Virus record (IMG/VR): IMGVR_UViG_3300008735_000002
Coordinates: 55,016-119,015 of that record
Direction: 5' to 3' (one strand)
DNA length: 64,000 nt
Source of the DNA: a virus
The notes beneath the pieces are model-generated. The model was not told where the DNA came from, did not search any database, and saw only the letters and a list, made by a program, of their open reading frames with translations. The position numbers and the translations under genes are program-made. This document shows positions 29,764-39,326 of the stretch, one piece after another; position 1 is the stretch's first letter; each line of letters opens with the position of its first letter.

Positions 29764-30438
29764 TTAACTCTCGTCGTAGAATGAAGAACTTATTTCACCG
29801 GGGGATCCCTCTGGAGAAACCTCAGCCGGTGCCGGTTCGGGTGGTAATTGGAGTTTTCCCTGCTCAATCAAAGCCCTGGTGTCTCCTGTCGCTTCTCCAT
29901 CAATTTCAGCGAAGCCCCTCTGCTGAATAAACGTTCTCTGAATCGCATCTGGATCTCCAGGATAATATCCCTCATCTGTCGGGCCGTGTGGTTCCTTATC
30001 AATAAGACCTTTTCTGGCTTGCTTCCCAAGCAGCTTCACCCCAGTCATATATTCAATCTCGCCATAAATATTGGACTGCCATGTGATTGAAGTAATTTCG
30101 AAGAATGTTTCACCGTATGAAAAATAATCACCCTCCTGAACATCAATGTCTTTGTCGATCAAATCTTTGTAGTGCAGATATGCTTCTGTTGTATAAAGAT
30201 TTTCACTCCCAAATCGACCGGTTGATACTGCTTGGGGTTCCCAAGCTACCTGCGCGTCAATCTCGATCGGTGGATTGAAATATTTGTCTACTGCTTCTTC
30301 GTATATATCGTGAATCTTAGTAACGTCGGTGCGAATAGAGTAGTAGTATATCTTTTGACCGACAACGTCTTTTATCAGCTCTTTTGTAATATCTGATATC
30401 AGGTCTTGCTCTCGAGGAGTTATGAAAAGTCGTGCCAT
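29764..30438 (-). CDS. Neck / head-closure protein (T4 gp14-like)
   Basis: GQKIYYY...IYEE...F..P..IDA, VQEGDYF...FFEI. Follows the gp13-like gene. Confidence 0.6.
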   Translation of the reverse strand: MARLFITPREQDLISDITKELIKDVVGQKIYYYSIRTDVTKIHDIYEEAVDKYFNPPIEIDAQVAWEPQAVSTGRFGSENLYTTEAYLHYKDLIDKDIDVQEGDYFSYGETFFEITSITWQSNIYGEIEYMTGVKLLGKQARKGLIDKEPHGPTDEGYYPGDPDAIQRTFIQQRGFAEIDGEATGDTRALIEQGKLQLPPEPAPAEVSPEGSPGEISSSFYDES

Positions 30439-30448
30439 CTTATACTAC

Positions 30449-31621
30449 TCACTTTATGATTATTGATTTGCCTAGCGGCATCGGCATGTGCTTTAACGCC
30501 CTCATGATATTTTCTGCGTCTGTTGCTTGACCCTCAAGCAATGCGCTGTATGTTAAACTATCTAACAGCTCAACCAACTGGTCTCTTAAACGTGTCTGGT
30601 CTTCTCTTCCCTGTGACACCAAATCTGAGCCATTTAACTGCAGATCGCCAGACGGGATAGGGACCGTAGCAAACTTTGAACGGACTGCGCCCAATAATTC
30701 TGTACATAATGCAAGACAGTACTGACGAATCCATTGTCTGCCAACAGAATTTGTTTTGCTATATTTCATGCGACCGAACGGAACATTCGACAAATTAGAG
30801 ACGCCATAAATCGTGTCATCTTTAATGTCTGGGTCGTACGGGTCGGGAGCAAACGCAACTCGTATCCATAATTTCATCGCGCTAGAACCAGTTGTTTGAG
30901 TTGGCATTGGATAAATACGAATATTCTCACCAATCACTCGATAAGAATAATTCGATTTCCTAACACGATTAGAAATGTCCATTTGACCAGCTCTTAAAAC
31001 ATCTTCGAAAACCGGAAGAACGTAAAAAATAGTCTCTGGTGTAAAAGACTCAAAGCTAAATTCGTTATTAAGATAATTGACAGCTGATGTGGTATCAAAA
31101 AACCTATACGCAGCTTGCGGACTGAAGTGAAATACTTCTTTAATCCTCATCTTCGTTCGGGGAGAATTTTTACTGCTTGAGACGATAAGATTCCCAGCAG
31201 AGTCTTTCAGACTATTGTAGATGTTGTAGTCTTGCTTCTTATATGCAAGCTGAATCGAGCCGGAAACCTCGTTATAAGAACCTCCAATACCAGCCTCCAT
31301 AGAATAAGGTTCTGCCATTCGGAGCAAAAATTCAAGATTCTGCTTGGGGAAAAGGCCGGTCTTGTTACTTCCGGTGGCGTACCCTAAAAGATTGCTTAAT
31401 TGAGATTTAGCGTCTGCTTGATTGATTATGCGACCGTATTCTAGGAATGACTCTTCTAGACAAGCCCACATCTGTTTCTTTGTCAACTCAACGCTTAGAA
31501 TATCATCACCTAATTTCCTCTTAACAAAGGAAACTACAGCATCAGCTTCTTGCTGAAAATCTGTATCAGTATCGAAGAAACTAAACGGAGTTGGATTTTT
31601 GGTATAAGCAAAAGAAGACAT
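30449..31621 (-). CDS. Neck / head-tail adaptor (T4 gp13-like)
   Basis: RKLGDDILSVELTKKQ and WIRQYCLAL..ELLG..RSKF...LQLNG. Confidence 0.75.
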   Translation of the reverse strand: MSSFAYTKNPTPFSFFDTDTDFQQEADAVVSFVKRKLGDDILSVELTKKQMWACLEESFLEYGRIINQADAKSQLSNLLGYATGSNKTGLFPKQNLEFLLRMAEPYSMEAGIGGSYNEVSGSIQLAYKKQDYNIYNSLKDSAGNLIVSSSKNSPRTKMRIKEVFHFSPQAAYRFFDTTSAVNYLNNEFSFESFTPETIFYVLPVFEDVLRAGQMDISNRVRKSNYSYRVIGENIRIYPMPTQTTGSSAMKLWIRVAFAPDPYDPDIKDDTIYGVSNLSNVPFGRMKYSKTNSVGRQWIRQYCLALCTELLGAVRSKFATVPIPSGDLQLNGSDLVSQGREDQTRLRDQLVELLDSLTYSALLEGQATDAENIMRALKHMPMPLGKSIIIK

Positions 31622-31636
31622 ATCACACCCTAATGA

Positions 31637-31643
31637 TAACTAT
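31637..31643 (-). promoter_or_regulatory. Putative late-promoter motif ATAGTTA
   Basis: Intergenic, upstream of the neck gene. Confidence 0.45.
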
Positions 31644-31697
31644 TAAGTAGGGCGTGAAATGTCTTTCTTAACTTTCTTGAAAAAGTTGGCTTCTTAC

Positions 31698-32051
31698 TTA
31701 GAAGATGCCAAAGTCTTCCAGGGGTCCTTCACCCCACAGCCGCTTAAATAAAGCAACCATTTTATCAGATCTTCTTGTCTGCGTCTCGATATGACCAGCC
31801 AAAAGAGCCATGCTCTCATCTGCTGTCTCACATCCTGCGACCATCTGTGATAACGTGGGCGGACCGGGATCGGGTTCATCAGCAGCGGACATTTCAGCCA
31901 GCTGCCCTTTCAGCGCTGCGATTTCTTTTTGTGCCGCGGCGAGTTCAGCTGCTGATGCGCCTGTCTCTGTCGCTGGGGCTGTCTCTGTCGCAGGTGCCTT
32001 TGCTGGGGTTTTCTTTGTACTAGTACTTGTCTTTGTTGTTGATGCTGCCAT
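31698..32051 (-). CDS. Hypothetical protein with a Thr/Ala/Lys-rich N-terminus and short coiled coil
   Basis: 117 aa with an AGGAGG RBS. Confidence 0.7.
   Translation of the reverse strand: MAASTTKTSTSTKKTPAKAPATETAPATETGASAAELAAAQKEIAALKGQLAEMSAADEPDPGPPTLSQMVAGCETADESMALLAGHIETQTRRSDKMVALFKRLWGEGPLEDFGIF
31961..31996. repeat. Two-copy 18-nt tandem repeat encoding APATET
   Basis: ctgtctctgtcgctgggg / ctgtctctgtcgcaggtg. Confidence 0.8.
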
Positions 32052-32102
32052 TGTTGGGGCCTCCTATCTACTCGCTTAATTTAATAAGGCAGAGTCAGAA
32101 GT

Positions 32103-32133
32103 AAAAAAATGCCGCCCAAAGGACGGCATTTTT
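32103..32133 (-). terminator. Intrinsic terminator after the 152-aa gene
   Basis: AAAAATGCCG...CGGCATTTTT hairpin with a T tract on the minus strand. Confidence 0.75.
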
Positions 32134-32151
32134 AGAATATAGATCTACGTA

Positions 32152-32610
32152 TCAGGCGCCAACCCAGATACCTACACCCTCAACGATATACCATCCGGCA
32201 GAGCCGTCTCCCACTAACGTGACGCGGTCCCCCTTGTTGGCGGTTGCCTTAGTGTTAGTAAGATCACCGTCATCGGTGCCGGTGCATACTGAATCGGCAG
32301 CAGCATTTGCAATAGTTCCCTCAATCGCATCGCTAGCGTTGGGACTGATTGTAATAAGCACTGCTTCATCAGCGCCGGTGTTAATGAAAGTATAAGTCAG
32401 TCCAGACTTGGTAGCAGGAAGTGTTATAGTTAGAGCGTCTGTGCCGACGAGGAAAACTTTTCCACTGTCTTCTGCGTCCAGTGTCTTAGAGGCTGTTATT
32501 GTTTCAACCATTGAACGGTGACCCGAGAGTGTTCCGGCCGTACCCGTTGCACCAGTTGTTCCACCCTTTTGGTACAAACCTTTTGCACCTGTTACTAGTA
32601 TTTTTGGCAT
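32152..32610 (-). CDS. Putative capsid decoration / small beta-rich virion protein
   Basis: 152 aa, Thr/Gly/Ala-rich (TITLPATKSGLTYTFIN...GDRVTLVGDG..W). Directly follows the capsid gene and has its own AGGAG RBS and terminator. Confidence 0.55.
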   Translation of the reverse strand: MPKILVTGAKGLYQKGGTTGATGTAGTLSGHRSMVETITASKTLDAEDSGKVFLVGTDALTITLPATKSGLTYTFINTGADEAVLITISPNASDAIEGTIANAAADSVCTGTDDGDLTNTKATANKGDRVTLVGDGSAGWYIVEGVGIWVGA

Positions 32611-32640
32611 AATTTTCTCCTTTTTTTATTATAGAGTTAC

Positions 32641-32697
32641 TTGTCCACATGATTCCCTAGCTAGCGTGTGGGGTCCGCCTTATGTCCATGCCAGGGG
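32641..32697 (-). other. Candidate structured leader RNA (stem plus pseudoknot)
   Basis: CCCUGGC/GCUAGGG stem with an inner GGCG/CGCU hairpin; the loop CCACA is complementary to downstream UGUGG. Confidence 0.35.
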
Positions 32698-32733
32698 CTT
32701 ATCATTAAGTATAGCACAAGCATTCGAATTACC

Positions 32734-32769
32734 AAAATAAAAGGGGCGGACCCCGAAAGGACCGCCCCT
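32734..32769 (-). terminator. Intrinsic terminator after the major capsid gene
   Basis: GGGGCGG..CC-UUUCG-GG..CCGCCCC hairpin followed by TTTTATTTT. Confidence 0.85.
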
Positions 32770-32796
32770 GAATATTAATGACTTCGTCTAATCAGA

Positions 32797-34704
32797 TTAG
32801 ATGACGTCCATACCCATGCACGTTACTGTACCGTAGAAGTCGGAACGCACCATCTTCTTGCCGTACCGAGTCATCACGCCCTTGCGGGGTGTGAAGTCTT
32901 CGGGAGCGAAGATAGTAGGCGTAACGATCAGTGGCACGTAAGGAGCGTATACGTAACCGGTCTCAAGGTAGCTACCGCCCTTGTACCCAACAAGAATCTT
33001 GTTGCGTGGGAAGTAGGGATCCTTATAGACTGTGAAACGGTTGCTCAGTGTACCAACCTTCTCGGCACCAAGACTCATACCGGGCGCAACCTGACCGTCA
33101 CCGTCGATGCTGTAAACAGGCTTGTAAAGCACGGAGGCCTCAAGGACTGTTGCAACGTCGGGGCTAACGACGATAAAGTTGGCGGACCCACGAAGAGTCA
33201 AGCGGTGAATCTCATTTGCGACATCAATGATGGTCTCAACGAGAGTCTCGTACCACTCACGAACTGTACCGGTAAAGGCTGGACCACCCGCGAGGGAGGA
33301 GGCCTTGACAGCAGAAGCACCAGACTTCTTATTAACGAAGTCACCGGGCTTACGGCTCCAGTAGTAGTTTGTGTCAGCCTGCATGAGGAGGTCATTCAGG
33401 ATCTCGCGGTCAATCTCAAGAGCAATCTGCTCAGAGAGAATCTGAGTAAGCTCAACCTCAGCATCCAAGCTGTGGTAGGCGTTCAAATCCTGTGCGAGTT
33501 CTGGGGACCAACGTGCACGCAACTTCCGAGTCTGAGCGACAACCGAGATAGCCTCGATCTTAATGTCAATCTCAGGAATGGCGGGAGCGGGTGTACCAGT
33601 GCTAAAGTTAGACTCAAAAACGGGGACAACAAGAGTGTCAGCGTTGGAAGAGTTAACGTTCAGTGTGTTCGTCTTGGGATAACTCAAACGGAAACTTGCG
33701 AGGTCTCCACTTGCGAGAGCCGTTCCAGACATAACCATGAGAAGAGCGGAACCCGCCTTCTGTGCAGTTGCCATCGGATCCGGTGAAATCGCACCTAGTG
33801 CAGAACCAGACTTAACAAGTTGGTTAAGACGACGGATGTTATATACACCCTTACCACCCTGGAATGTCTCACCAGGAACCGCCATGACTGAACTAGCGTT
33901 AAGAGACGAACCTGTTAATACAAGCGCAGCTTCCTTAACAGCTGTAACGTCAAAGTCTGAACCAAGCACACCAAGGTCAACAGTCAAGAAGAAGTAGCCA
34001 TTGCTATCATCGTCTATCTTCTGCGTTACCTGAGGATCGAACTGTAGGAACCGGCCGTCAGCACCAGTAGAACCTACACCAGAACTGATGGTGGTTGTAC
34101 GAGTCTGTGCAGCATTGGTACCAAGAGCGAACATGGCAGATGTGCCAAGTGCGAGATTAGAACCGGTATGGACTCTGGAATAACCGGAACCAGCGAGGTC
34201 ATACTGACCACCGGCGCCGAGTGAACCAGACTGAATGCCCTTACCTGCGGGGTTATTATAAATTGACTGACCGGCATCGTAGATGTTCTTGGTGGCGGAC
34301 CCTAGGGAACCGTCAACAGTACCACCGACGTTTGAACCGTAAGTGTAGTCAAGATAGAAGAGCAGACCGGAAGGTAGGCTCATCGGTTGAATGGAAACCA
34401 ACTCGTTTGCCACAAGGCCACCGAAGACTCGGCGAACAATGGGGAAAGCGATGTTAGTAAAACCCCGGATATCTCCGGAGCTTGCAGCGGGTGTGAGACC
34501 ACCACCACCAAGGGTGTTCTGCTCACGTAGGATCTGACCTGCTTGGTTCTCGAGCAACGTTGCCATGTTTTCACGATGGACGCTCTCGAGACCTCTAAGA
34601 AGACCAGTCCTGCTCCACTTTTCTGTCAGGCGCTTGTTAGAGTCGCCTTGGTGACGCTGACGAATACCTTCCGTCAGTTGGTCAAGTGTAAACTTCTTGG
34701 ACAT
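32797..34704 (-). CDS. g23: Major capsid protein, T4 gp23-like
   Basis: FPIVRRVF..L.A.ELVSIQPMSLPSGL.F, AQTRKLRARWSPELAQDL.A.H..DAE.EL, EIDREI, VYAPYVPL, TRYG. Confidence 0.96.
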   Translation of the reverse strand: MSKKFTLDQLTEGIRQRHQGDSNKRLTEKWSRTGLLRGLESVHRENMATLLENQAGQILREQNTLGGGGLTPAASSGDIRGFTNIAFPIVRRVFGGLVANELVSIQPMSLPSGLLFYLDYTYGSNVGGTVDGSLGSATKNIYDAGQSIYNNPAGKGIQSGSLGAGGQYDLAGSGYSRVHTGSNLALGTSAMFALGTNAAQTRTTTISSGVGSTGADGRFLQFDPQVTQKIDDDSNGYFFLTVDLGVLGSDFDVTAVKEAALVLTGSSLNASSVMAVPGETFQGGKGVYNIRRLNQLVKSGSALGAISPDPMATAQKAGSALLMVMSGTALASGDLASFRLSYPKTNTLNVNSSNADTLVVPVFESNFSTGTPAPAIPEIDIKIEAISVVAQTRKLRARWSPELAQDLNAYHSLDAEVELTQILSEQIALEIDREILNDLLMQADTNYYWSRKPGDFVNKKSGASAVKASSLAGGPAFTGTVREWYETLVETIIDVANEIHRLTLRGSANFIVVSPDVATVLEASVLYKPVYSIDGDGQVAPGMSLGAEKVGTLSNRFTVYKDPYFPRNKILVGYKGGSYLETGYVYAPYVPLIVTPTIFAPEDFTPRKGVMTRYGKKMVRSDFYGTVTCMGMDVI

Positions 34705-34734
34705 TTTCTTTTTTCTCCTTTAAGAATTTAGCGT

Positions 34735-36225
34735 CTATTTGTTTGTAATACCAGCGAGCTTCGCCCAACGATCTGTCTGTGTCGACTCATTTACTGTAGA
34801 GCTACCTCTACGAGTCGGCTTGCTAGAAGATCCAAGAACTCTTCTCTTGCCCTCAGAGAGGGACTTCTTGTTTAGCGAACGAGTAATACTTTCGTATACC
34901 AGCTTTGCCTCACGGATTGTCTTGGCATTATCTAAAGCCTCGACTATGGCACGCTGCTGCTTAGAACTTACATTACGATTTTGCATCAGTTTGTTCACAT
35001 AAAGCAGTTTTGCGTTAAAAAGATTCATTTCAGTAAGCTGCTGCTTCAGGGCGCGGTTTTCGCGGACTGTAGCGGAGCCTCTTTTTGAAGTGCGGCGACT
35101 GCGACGGGTCTCAGAGACTCGGCGGCGGCGGGCACGACGGCGGGATTCAACTGTTGGAGTAGGAACTCCGGGATCGCCGAGTTCGTCAGCGAGGGCATTT
35201 AGAAGATCTTCTTCATCGACGTCGATAAAAGACTCATCTTCCACTTCTCCACCACCAAACGCATCGGCCTGATCGGTAGCTTCCGTGCTACCCTCGGTTG
35301 CTTCACGCATTCTACGAAGCTTGCGAAGCTCCATTTTTAACATACGGGGGTCAATCTCAAAAACCTCACCAAGGTCAAGAGCAACTTCTTCCTCTTCTCC
35401 CTCGCCTTCAGCTTCTTCCTCTTCACCTTCGGCTTCTTCTTCCTCGCCTTCAGCTTCTTCCTCGCCAAGATCACTTGCGACCTCAATATCTAAGGCCTCA
35501 ACATCAGCGGCCTCGGCATCTTCAACACCAAGGGCTTCTAGGTCGTCGTCGGTGAGGACCAATTCCATTTCATCTAATTCGCCGTAGCCAGCTTCAAAAA
35601 GTTGGTTGAAGATGGCGCGGCTGCGTTTGGTAGTCATTATATTCATCTCCTTTAATGTTTCGAATATCGCTAAGCGGTTGCCCTGACTCTTGTTGCTAGA
35701 ACTAACTATTACCTCTGAACGTAAAGTTATGGCTTCGCCTAGAAGTTTTTGATATGACTTTTTAATTACAGACTTTTGCTGCCTCGATAATGCGCTCGCA
35801 TTTACTTCTGACAGCAAGGCATCCATTCTCCTAACCTTCCCTCGAAGCTTTGCAATTCTTTCGGCTAGCTTATTTTGATCGGAAGACACAGAGTTTGTAA
35901 TCTGAGCTTTTTGATTTCTCAGGTTTTTCCTAATTTTAGGAAGACTTTCAGACACAGATAGGTTCACATCACCTTGCGCGTTAACTATAATGGAAGCTTC
36001 TTCATCCGCTTCGTCATCTAGTAGCTCATCTGGAACTAGTTCTGCTACAGGGGCTTCAACATCAACGAGCTGAATCTCTTCCTGTTCTGATAATAATTGA
36101 GACTCAACCATCGCCTGAATTCGGGGGGTGAGTGCTTCGATGATTTTATTCTTGGCATTCTGCTCAGCCAGCAATTTTAATTGCTGTGCCTCTGCTATCG
36201 CCTCTCTATAAAGATTTGTCGACAT
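34735..36225 (-). CDS. Prohead core / scaffolding protein (gp22-like role)
   Basis: Acidic coiled-coil protein directly upstream of the capsid gene, with repeated LxE protease-site-like motifs and LTEMNLFNAKLLYVNKL. Confidence 0.7.
   Translation of the reverse strand: MSTNLYREAIAEAQQLKLLAEQNAKNKIIEALTPRIQAMVESQLLSEQEEIQLVDVEAPVAELVPDELLDDEADEEASIIVNAQGDVNLSVSESLPKIRKNLRNQKAQITNSVSSDQNKLAERIAKLRGKVRRMDALLSEVNASALSRQQKSVIKKSYQKLLGEAITLRSEVIVSSSNKSQGNRLAIFETLKEMNIMTTKRSRAIFNQLFEAGYGELDEMELVLTDDDLEALGVEDAEAADVEALDIEVASDLGEEEAEGEEEEAEGEEEEAEGEGEEEEVALDLGEVFEIDPRMLKMELRKLRRMREATEGSTEATDQADAFGGGEVEDESFIDVDEEDLLNALADELGDPGVPTPTVESRRRARRRRVSETRRSRRTSKRGSATVRENRALKQQLTEMNLFNAKLLYVNKLMQNRNVSSKQQRAIVEALDNAKTIREAKLVYESITRSLNKKSLSEGKRRVLGSSSKPTRRGSSTVNESTQTDRWAKLAGITNK
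35388..35466. repeat. Imperfect 21-nt tandem repeat encoding (AEGEEEE)n in the scaffold gene
   Basis: About three copies of cctcgccttcagcttcttc-like units. Confidence 0.8.
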
Positions 36226-36303
36226 GAATCCACCTTATTTGTGTGCACTTAGACTTAAATATCCCGAACAAATAGAGATTACTTACCATTTGTAGTTTTC
36301 TAT

Positions 36304-36894
36304 TCATTCTTGTTGATCTAATATCCCTCTCACAACCTTTCTAAGCTTGAGAATGTTCGCATCCTCTTCGTCATCAATATACTCGTCGAATGTAATGTCA
36401 ACACCTTCCGGCCCGCCCACTTCTTCTGGCGAGTGAGCCCACCCAAGCCAAGAACCAATCTTAGGCTTAGCGTCACCTCTTGTATACTGCATTGATCCGC
36501 CGCCGGCTCCGCCACCCACTTGAATTCTCTTTTTGTACATAGATGGGAATGGTACCATGCCTTTTGCGACAGCCATTTCGCCCAATGACAAAATAGGTTT
36601 ATTACCATCAACTTTCGCATTATGGTCTGCTGAACGACCTATTAGCGAATCATCGGTTTTGTACGGTGTAGCGATCTTATTGATAATATGTTGTAAGACA
36701 TCAATCTCTAACCCAAGATCAACATCATCATATGGATCTTCTTCGGTATAGGGATAGCTTGATGCCTTGACTCGTGGTTCATGATATTTCGCAGAACTCC
36801 GGCCGTAACCCAGGTCATCCCGATAATCGAGATTCATACCTGACCTACGGCCGAGGCTTATGGGACTGTCAGGGTCGGTAGGACCAACACCCAT
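36304..36894 (-). CDS. Hypothetical protein, probable prohead-associated
   Basis: 196 aa in the head module; start overlaps the upstream stop. Confidence 0.7.
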   Translation of the reverse strand: MGVGPTDPDSPISLGRRSGMNLDYRDDLGYGRSSAKYHEPRVKASSYPYTEEDPYDDVDLGLEIDVLQHIINKIATPYKTDDSLIGRSADHNAKVDGNKPILSLGEMAVAKGMVPFPSMYKKRIQVGGGAGGGSMQYTRGDAKPKIGSWLGWAHSPEEVGGPEGVDITFDEYIDDEEDANILKLRKVVRGILDQQE

Positions 36895-37376
36895 TAAGAG
36901 CTAGCGCCCCACGCCTTACCCATGACGTAGTCACCAAGAACTCCGCCTGACTGTTGCGTGGAACTTTCGCTGGGCTGCAGCTGCGACCCAACACCCGTAC
37001 CCCATTGTTCGGGGGGAGTTTGGCCCCACCCGTCTGGAGGATCGGCCTGGTCTGAAGCATTGATGCTTCCAGGACCGGGGGAAACCGGGTTCGGTGTCCA
37101 TGGACTTCCAGGAAGTCCGCCGCCGCCCCATTCAACTTCGTTAATATCCGGTGCATCGGGGTAATCACGACTGTAAGTTCCGAAGGTGTGACCACCATCA
37201 TTAACTTCGCCATCAAGAACCAATGCCTGATATTCGTCCTTGATTCCCTGATCTGTTAAATCACCTTTATAAATAGGAGACGCTGGAAACGATGCCTGGA
37301 CAGTGGCAGTATCCGACGATCCCATCCCCTTTGCTGTTGAGACTGCTTCTACCATTGTTTGTGTATGACTGGGCAT
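36894..37376 (-). CDS. Hypothetical Gly/Pro-rich virion protein
   Basis: 160 aa with an AGGAG RBS. Confidence 0.7.
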   Translation of the reverse strand: MPSHTQTMVEAVSTAKGMGSSDTATVQASFPASPIYKGDLTDQGIKDEYQALVLDGEVNDGGHTFGTYSRDYPDAPDINEVEWGGGGLPGSPWTPNPVSPGPGSINASDQADPPDGWGQTPPEQWGTGVGSQLQPSESSTQQSGGVLGDYVMGKAWGASS

Positions 37377-37411
37377 TTTTCAATTTCTCCTAGAATAAGT
37401 TAGTTAGTTGG

Positions 37412-37681
37412 TTATCGATCGTTAATTTTCTTAACAAGAATCTTCTTTGCTTTTTGCACTTTAGCGTACTTTTTCTTAAGTATACTCTCCTGAATTTTTA
37501 ATGCGGCCATCCAGTTGATATCTTTTTCAAGTGAATCAGCTTCGTCACCAGCATCTACTTCTTCAGCGTGCACATCCTCCACACTTTCTTCACCCTTTTC
37601 AAGGGCCTCTTGAATCTTCTTCTTCTCTTGAAGAACAAGTTTTCTTAAAAGAGCGGGGGTAAGTCTAATATTTTTAGCCAT
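37412..37681 (-). CDS. Small hypothetical prohead-core-like protein
   Basis: 89 aa, LRKLVLQEKKKIQE helix, GGAGG RBS. Confidence 0.7.
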   Translation of the reverse strand: MAKNIRLTPALLRKLVLQEKKKIQEALEKGEESVEDVHAEEVDAGDEADSLEKDINWMAALKIQESILKKKYAKVQKAKKILVKKINDR

Positions 37682-37729
37682 GTTATTTTCCTCCAGACTA
37701 TTTCTATGTATTTCGTTGGAACCGTTTCT

Positions 37730-38176
37730 TTACTCAGATTTATCGTTAAAAGCGAGGTAAGCCCAATTTTGTGAAGCTTCTCCAAGCAAGCTGCTCGGCG
37801 AACCAGACGGACCCATACTATCTAATGAGACACCCTCGCCAAGCGGTGTCCCAGGTCTTCCTCTCTCAGCTGCAGCTTGCTCTCTAAGCGTGGTCGCTGC
37901 AGTATCTTGAAATATCGATGCCATAACCGGATCAGAAGTAATACTACTCACATCAACCGGTCGTGGCTTTGAAACTTTTGGCTTAGACCCAAAAGAAATA
38001 GAGTCTAATGCGGGACGCTTAACGCTGGTCTTATTTTTTTTAGCGCCGGTGCGTCGTGGGGGTCGAGCTCTAGACTCGACTAAAGATTGCGTCGATTCGC
38101 CAGTAGACTCTAAAAGAATTTCAAAAAGACATTCTTTGACTAGCCCCTTCAGCATCTCGCGGGACACCTTAGCCAT
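37730..38176 (-). CDS. Hypothetical prohead-core-like protein
   Basis: Start placed at ATG 38176 (TAATG overlap with the upstream stop): MAKVSREMLKGLVKECLFEILLES. Confidence 0.7.
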   Translation of the reverse strand: MAKVSREMLKGLVKECLFEILLESTGESTQSLVESRARPPRRTGAKKNKTSVKRPALDSISFGSKPKVSKPRPVDVSSITSDPVMASIFQDTAATTLREQAAAERGRPGTPLGEGVSLDSMGPSGSPSSLLGEASQNWAYLAFNDKSE

Positions 38177-38709
38177 TAGCCTACTCCCTGATACCCGTTC
38201 GAGCCTGTGAGCGCGAGGGATCCGACGGGAATATCTGTCAACCCCGCTACCACACAAAACCCGCTATTGTGAGCGGAGTGCATTGTCAAAAAGAGATCGG
38301 TGCACATTAATTCATACCGCATAGCTGGAGCTTCAGAAGTTTGCGAACTTGGAATAACGAAATAATTTTGGTGATTAGCAACCTGCGCCTCAGTGCTTGG
38401 TAGCGGCTGGAGCTTTCTCCACTTTTGTGTTCCGTTAGTATTGAACTCGCCAGTTGGAATAGAGCCAGTAACAGCGCCTTCGCCCTTTACACCATTCTCA
38501 GTGAAACCTATTCTAATTTCTGCAGCAGAATTACTTGCGTCTAATCCACGGACCTCAAACCATCTGGTTACTCGAGGAAAAGAAATCTGAACTACGTTGC
38601 TAGTCGCCGTTTTTAATTCAGCTCCATTCGAAGACGTTACGAAAGGAATACCGCTTCTTTGATATTCACCAACCATTCCAAGGCCGGGGCTTGGCCACGT
38701 ATTACTCAT
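38176..38709 (-). CDS. Hypothetical beta-rich virion protein
   Basis: Start placed at ATG 38709 (ATGA overlap with the protease stop). Confidence 0.7.
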   Translation of the reverse strand: MSNTWPSPGLGMVGEYQRSGIPFVTSSNGAELKTATSNVVQISFPRVTRWFEVRGLDASNSAAEIRIGFTENGVKGEGAVTGSIPTGEFNTNGTQKWRKLQPLPSTEAQVANHQNYFVIPSSQTSEAPAMRYELMCTDLFLTMHSAHNSGFCVVAGLTDIPVGSLALTGSNGYQGVG

Positions 38710-39326
38710 TCTGATTCTCCTTCTTCCCAATCCAGCACTTCATTGAACAAGCGATGGATTCGATCTGATTTGTTAAAAACTTTATTGAGGTCTTTTTCTC
38801 TAATCGACACACCCTCTCTCATCATGAATGCTCCGGGTGTGGAAGGCTCTGAAACAAAATCCCAGCATATAAGCTGGAAATCATCTTGTACAACATCTGT
38901 ATCACCAGAACGCTTTGTCGATCCAACACCTCTGGAAGAAATGCCAAGAGTTACGCCGGCCTCAACCAGACTCTGAAGAATCTGTCCTGCGGGAGTATCT
39001 AACAACTCTACTGTCCCGTATACTACATCTCCATCCATATAAGCTTCCCGTATAATATGAGAAGCGTTCTTCAACTCAACTACTGAGCTGTCAGGATGAT
39101 CACATTCTCCGAGAGCACGATTTTCAGCAATAAACTTTTGATAATTTCGAATCTCTCTATCTAGAATAGATCGTGGGTAAACACGCCCATTTTGATTAAG
39201 CGTATCAGCTTTTTGCAATACACCCTTCATAAGAAGCTTTCCGCCATTTTCTGCTTTTGCTTCTTCGATCATCTCCTTAGAGTATTGCCAGGGCGACCAT
39301 TCTGTTAGTAATTTTAGATCAGACAT
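38706..39326 (-). CDS. g21: Prohead maturation protease (T4 gp21-like)
   Basis: ADTLNQNGRVYP, ALGECDHP, NASH, LGISSRGVGS, WDFVSEPST. Confidence 0.95.
   Translation of the reverse strand: MSDLKLLTEWSPWQYSKEMIEEAKAENGGKLLMKGVLQKADTLNQNGRVYPRSILDREIRNYQKFIAENRALGECDHPDSSVVELKNASHIIREAYMDGDVVYGTVELLDTPAGQILQSLVEAGVTLGISSRGVGSTKRSGDTDVVQDDFQLICWDFVSEPSTPGAFMMREGVSIREKDLNKVFNKSDRIHRLFNEVLDWEEGESE

Noticed and set aside
32641-32697. HDV-like, pistol or twister ribozyme identity for the leader RNA
   Set aside because: The pairing topology and conserved nucleotides did not match these families by eye, so it is kept only as an unassigned structure.
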